Virus record (IMG/VR): IMGVR_UViG_3300031519_007785 | Coordinates: 1-48,221 of that record | DNA: 48,221 bases | Source: a virus | Lineage: Duplodnaviria; Caudoviricetes | Reading direction: 5' to 3' (one strand) | In this document: positions 44,965 through 48,221 of the stretch, piece after piece | Position numbering within the stretch: position 1 is the stretch's first letter | Layout of the letters: every line of letters starts with the position of its first letter | The notes under the pieces: model-generated | Database searches by the model: none | What the model saw: the letters and a program-made list of their open reading frames with translations, nothing else | Told to the model about the DNA's origin: nothing | Program-made: the position numbers and the translations under genes

Positions 44965-46404
44965 ATGTTACATTTTTACGAAGGACAGGTTAGGAAATTT
45001 CTTACTCAATTCATTAGGATTTTGAGTAACTTTTCTGTGGAAACAGGCAAAGGCAATGACGGCCAGATTAATCTCAGAGCTGTGCCTGTGGTATACGGAG
45101 ATCCAACTAGACAGGTAGCGAACATTATTAGGAACAACAGTGAAAATGCTTTGAACTATGCACCTAAGATTGCCTGTTATGTGAGAGAATTAAACTATGA
45201 TAGGGAAAGAATGCAGAATCCTTATCACATCGAAAAACAACATCTAAGAGAAAGAGATGTTGACAGTGACGGAAACTACACTAACCAACTGGGTGCTGGA
45301 TATACGATTGAAAAAGTTATGCCCTCGCCCTTCAGATTAGAAGTCACGGCAGACATTTTTTCTTCAAACACTGATCAAAAATTACAAATACTAGAACAAA
45401 TACTGTACCTTTTCAATCCTGATTTTGAAATACAAAAATCAGACAACTACATTGACTGGACCAGTTTGAGTTATGTTGAATTACAGAACATAAGTTTCAG
45501 TAGCAGAACTATCCCGGTTGGGGCAGATACTGAGATAGATGTTGCATCCATGACATTTTCAATGCCTATATGGCTGTCACCGCCAGTTAAAGTGAAAAAA
45601 CTAGGTGTAGTGCAGAAGATTATAATGAGCATATACGACGATGATGGTGGCATAGCGAAAGGATTGATTGACGGAGAACTTTCTTCAAGAAGTTTCATCA
45701 CACCAAACAATTTTGGATTGTTAGTCACAGGAAATCAATTGAGATTATTAGGATCTACTGGAGTAAGTGTAACATCTGGTAGTGATGGATTCCATACAGG
45801 AGCCAAAGATCCTGGATTAGCTGATCCGTTTGAAACATTTGGCCCACCACTTAATTGGAAAATACTTTTGGACCAGTATGGTAAAGTAACCAATGGTACT
45901 TCACAGATCAGGTTAACACAACCTAATGGGAATGAAATAATTGGTACCATTGCAAACACAACTTTAGATGATACAATCTTGTTATACACCATAGACGGAG
46001 ACACAATTCCGTCAAACACGCTGACTGCCGTGAAGAAAATTATAAACCCTGCAACATTTGATCCAGGAACTCCCGTTAACGGTGATAGATATCTTGTGAT
46101 AAATGATGTTGGCGACAGCACAGCATCGTTCCAGAGTAGCACTTGGGGTACACTCGTAGCAAAAGTTGGCGACATAATAGAATACAACAGTAGCACAGCA
46201 AAATGGAACATTGCCTTTGACGCCTCTGATCCTGATTCAACACAGCACTATGTTACCAATCTAAACACTGGTATTCAGTACAGATGGGATGGTACTGAAT
46301 GGAAAAAATCATACGAAGGTGTGTACAAACAAGGTAATTGGAGCATAGTATTGGACGGTGGATATTCCGGATACGATGCAGGTACAGACGCAACCACCCC
46401 TTGA
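44965..46404 (+). CDS. gp15: Tail terminator/sheath stabilizer (gp15-like) with C-terminal extension
   Basis: HFY..Q.R....QF...SN, VP..YG, P.P..L......LQILEQIL..FNP, F....WL.PP. Confidence 0.82.
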   Translation: MLHFYEGQVRKFLTQFIRILSNFSVETGKGNDGQINLRAVPVVYGDPTRQVANIIRNNSENALNYAPKIACYVRELNYDRERMQNPYHIEKQHLRERDVDSDGNYTNQLGAGYTIEKVMPSPFRLEVTADIFSSNTDQKLQILEQILYLFNPDFEIQKSDNYIDWTSLSYVELQNISFSSRTIPVGADTEIDVASMTFSMPIWLSPPVKVKKLGVVQKIIMSIYDDDGGIAKGLIDGELSSRSFITPNNFGLLVTGNQLRLLGSTGVSVTSGSDGFHTGAKDPGLADPFETFGPPLNWKILLDQYGKVTNGTSQIRLTQPNGNEIIGTIANTTLDDTILLYTIDGDTIPSNTLTAVKKIINPATFDPGTPVNGDRYLVINDVGDSTASFQSSTWGTLVAKVGDIIEYNSSTAKWNIAFDASDPDSTQHYVTNLNTGIQYRWDGTEWKKSYEGVYKQGNWSIVLDGGYSGYDAGTDATTP

Positions 46405-46429
46405 TAATTTATAAAATAACTGTTATAAT
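46401..46429 (+). promoter_or_regulatory. Sigma70-type promoter for the Nudix gene; predicted leaderless
   Basis: TTGATA-17 nt-TATAAT with extended TG, 5 nt before the ATG at 46435. Confidence 0.7.
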
Positions 46430-46434
46430 AAAGC

Positions 46435-46863
46435 ATGAAAGATAACATAATCTGTTCTGGTGCATTGTTCTACTCAACAAGTACAAAGCGATTCCTGTTC
46501 CTACAGAGAACTGACAGGAAGACTGCCGGTACATGGGGTTTGGTCGGCGGGAAGTCAAAATATCTAGAAAGTGCTTTCGAGGGACTGAAACGTGAGATAC
46601 AGGAAGAGGTGGGCGACACACCCAAGTTCAAGAAAGTCATCCCATTGGAGATGTTCACATCAAATGATCAGAAGTTCTTCTTCCACACATACGTCATTGC
46701 GATCGATGGGGAATTTTTACCTAGCCTTAACGGAGAACACTCGGGTTACTGTTGGACTGCTTTTGAATGTTGGCCCAAGAACTTGCACATGGGTCTCAAG
46801 AACACATTGAACAACAAAGCCATCAAAGGCAAGTTACAGACTATACTCGATCTCATAACCTAA
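46435..46863 (+). CDS. Nudix hydrolase
   Basis: Complete Nudix box GKSKYLESAFEGLKREIQEEVG (GX5EX7REUXEEXG), preceded by GTWGLVG. Confidence 0.9.
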   Translation: MKDNIICSGALFYSTSTKRFLFLQRTDRKTAGTWGLVGGKSKYLESAFEGLKREIQEEVGDTPKFKKVIPLEMFTSNDQKFFFHTYVIAIDGEFLPSLNGEHSGYCWTAFECWPKNLHMGLKNTLNNKAIKGKLQTILDLIT

Positions 46864-46896
46864 AAAAAAAGGCCCTATATTTCTACAAGGCCTTTT
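46862..46896. terminator. Bidirectional intrinsic terminator between the convergent Nudix and fibre genes
   Basis: Minus strand AGGCCTTGTA-GAAA-TATAGGGCCT followed by a T run; the plus strand also ends in TTTT. Confidence 0.85.
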
Positions 46897-46923
46897 GATT
46901 CTACTAAAAAGTATGAATATTTA

Positions 46924-48221
46924 TTAGTTGTTTGTCCTCACTGCACAATTTACCAATTTAATTCCTGCGTCAGTTGAGCTCTCTAGTGCTCTACCTATAA
47001 CGTTGAAAGGTGAAATTGATTCGCCAGTTGCGGCCGCTCTCGCACAACCCTTTGTTGATGATGAAACTAGTCTTTGACCTTTAGTTACAGCACCTGTAAC
47101 TCTAACTGGTGTTCTACCTGTCATAGCTACGTATGGGTGTGATTCATTGTTACCTGCCGCGGCGTTCATGGCATATGCTGGTTGATCAGATATAACACCA
47201 AAAACTTGATCAGATAAATCTGATGTTGTTTCTGTGATCTCTGCGTCACCGCCAACCATTACTACTGCACCTGCTGTCATTGGAGCGTCTGCTTCGAAAC
47301 GCTCGGCAACGTCCGCATACTGAGCCGAAGTTGCTACGGCGTGTACCACGTTGGCTCTAATGTCAACTAGGTCTGCTGTACCTGTTGGTCCTTCAGTTCC
47401 ACCCTCTGCTCTTCTGAAAGCAGTAAAGGCACCACCCGCGTTACCATGGATAGTTGTTCCGTCATCTGCAAATGCTTCATCCCATGCCCAAAGTAATGGC
47501 ATTTCTGTTGCAGTTGACCCTTCACCTCTGTTGATCTGTAATCCTGAAACTGTAGGCATACCCGATGCCGCTGATACGTTTCTGTTTACTTCGATCACGT
47601 TGTCCTCAACCGATAGCGTTGTTGTGTTGATTATTGTCTCTGTTCCGTCTACAGTCAAGTTACCCGCAACCCTTAAGTTGTTTGTGACTACTGTTTCACC
47701 CACTGCTGTTATAGTGGCCGTTCCTGAGGACGAAATCAATAAGTTAGTTCCATTACCCTCAATCTTCTCTCCATCGTCACCAAACGTTAAACCAACGTTT
47801 GCTGGAATATTAACGTCAGTTGTCGCTGTAAGGTTGATGTCCGCACCTGAATTTACTGTCAAGTCTGTACCATTTGATTCGATCTTCTCGTTGGCATCAG
47901 TGAAATGTAAACCAACGTTAGTTGGGATAACAATGTCTGTGGTTGCCGTCAAGTTAAGCAAGTTACTAGAAGAGATAGTTAAGTCTGTACCGTTACCTTC
48001 AATCTTCTCACCTGCATCACCAAAAACTATTCCTCTGTCATTGGCCATGTGTACATCTGAAGCAGTAGCTAAATTGATTTTACCACCTGATGTGATCGTT
48101 AAGTCTGTGTTATCTGTTTCAATGTTCTCACCACCATCACCAAGACGTAGACCAACGTTAACTGGAATGTTAACATCCAAACCTGCCGCCAATGTTATGT
48201 CAGCACCTGATGTGATTGTAA
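46924..48221 (-). CDS. Tail fibre/virion structural protein, 3' part (open to the right edge), with 40-aa repeats and a C-terminal chaperone/autocleavage-like domain
   Basis: Frame is open to the window end (TITSGADITLAAGL...); GNLTVDG, VEDNVI; C-terminal YADVAERFEAD...GVIS..PA..MN...VAMTGR.PV.V.G...KG..LVSS...IGRALE. Confidence 0.75.
   Translation of the reverse strand, partial: TITSGADITLAAGLDVNIPVNVGLRLGDGGENIETDNTDLTITSGGKINLATASDVHMANDRGIVFGDAGEKIEGNGTDLTISSSNLLNLTATTDIVIPTNVGLHFTDANEKIESNGTDLTVNSGADINLTATTDVNIPANVGLTFGDDGEKIEGNGTNLLISSSGTATITAVGETVVTNNLRVAGNLTVDGTETIINTTTLSVEDNVIEVNRNVSAASGMPTVSGLQINRGEGSTATEMPLLWAWDEAFADDGTTIHGNAGGAFTAFRRAEGGTEGPTGTADLVDIRANVVHAVATSAQYADVAERFEADAPMTAGAVVMVGGDAEITETTSDLSDQVFGVISDQPAYAMNAAAGNNESHPYVAMTGRTPVRVTGAVTKGQRLVSSSTKGCARAAATGESISPFNVIGRALESSTDAGIKLVNCAVRTNN
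47698..48177 (-). repeat. Four tandem 40-codon (120 bp) degenerate repeats in the fibre gene
   Basis: Consensus DVxIPxNVGLxFGDxGEKIExNGTDLTIxSxxxINLTATT; part of a further copy runs to the window edge. Confidence 0.85.

Noticed and set aside
550-46810. Numerous 60-200 aa ORFs antisense to or nested in the called genes (e.g. 1227-1724, 12053-12652, 40129-40518, 45735-46211)
   Set aside because: They are shadow frames of motif-bearing genes on the other strand, with Ser/Phe/Leu/Cys-rich non-protein-like composition and no initiation signals.
47698-48177. Periodic DNA repeats as a possible CRISPR array or DGR template/variable repeat
   Set aside because: They are degenerate in-frame 120-bp coding repeats without unique spacers; I saw no adenine-specific mismatch pattern and no reverse transcriptase in the window.
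1-48221. Stop-codon reassignment, as seen in some large phages
   Set aside because: Core genes are full length in the standard code, and TAA, TGA and TAG all occur as apparent true stops.

Overview
This window is part of a large T4-like (myovirus) bacteriophage genome, with dense genes mostly on the minus strand. I saw no tRNA, rRNA, CRISPR array or IS element. From left to right it contains: (1) a replication/repair block: a PHP-less DnaE-family polymerase running off the left edge, endonuclease III, gp41-like helicase, primase, a second miniature (196 aa) DnaE catalytic core, a gp62-like clamp-loader subunit, UvsW and a SprT-like protease; (2) a ~14.4 kb glycan-synthesis/tailoring island (11.1-25.5 kb) with about nine glycosyltransferase-like genes, an AsnB amidotransferase, FkbM-type methyltransferases, SGNH proteins, a 2OG-Fe(II) oxygenase and an NDP-sugar epimerase; (3) a HAD nucleotidase, uvsY, uvsX and gp32 SSB; (4) packaging and morphogenesis genes (putative internal head proteins, gp17, gp16-like, gp4, gp54-like, gp19, an 1145-aa gp18, gp13, gp14, gp15), a dNMP kinase, a Nudix hydrolase and a repeat-containing fibre gene running off the right edge. 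The most striking observations are two stripped-down C-family (DnaE) polymerase genes inside a T4-type replisome, a window-wide leaderless-mRNA architecture (TAAATA or sigma70 -10 box 5-8 nt before the ATG, no Shine-Dalgarno), a late-expressed phage glycosylation island, and a 12-nt leader motif shared by the dnaE and ssb genes. All family assignments come from motif recognition by eye, not from database searches.
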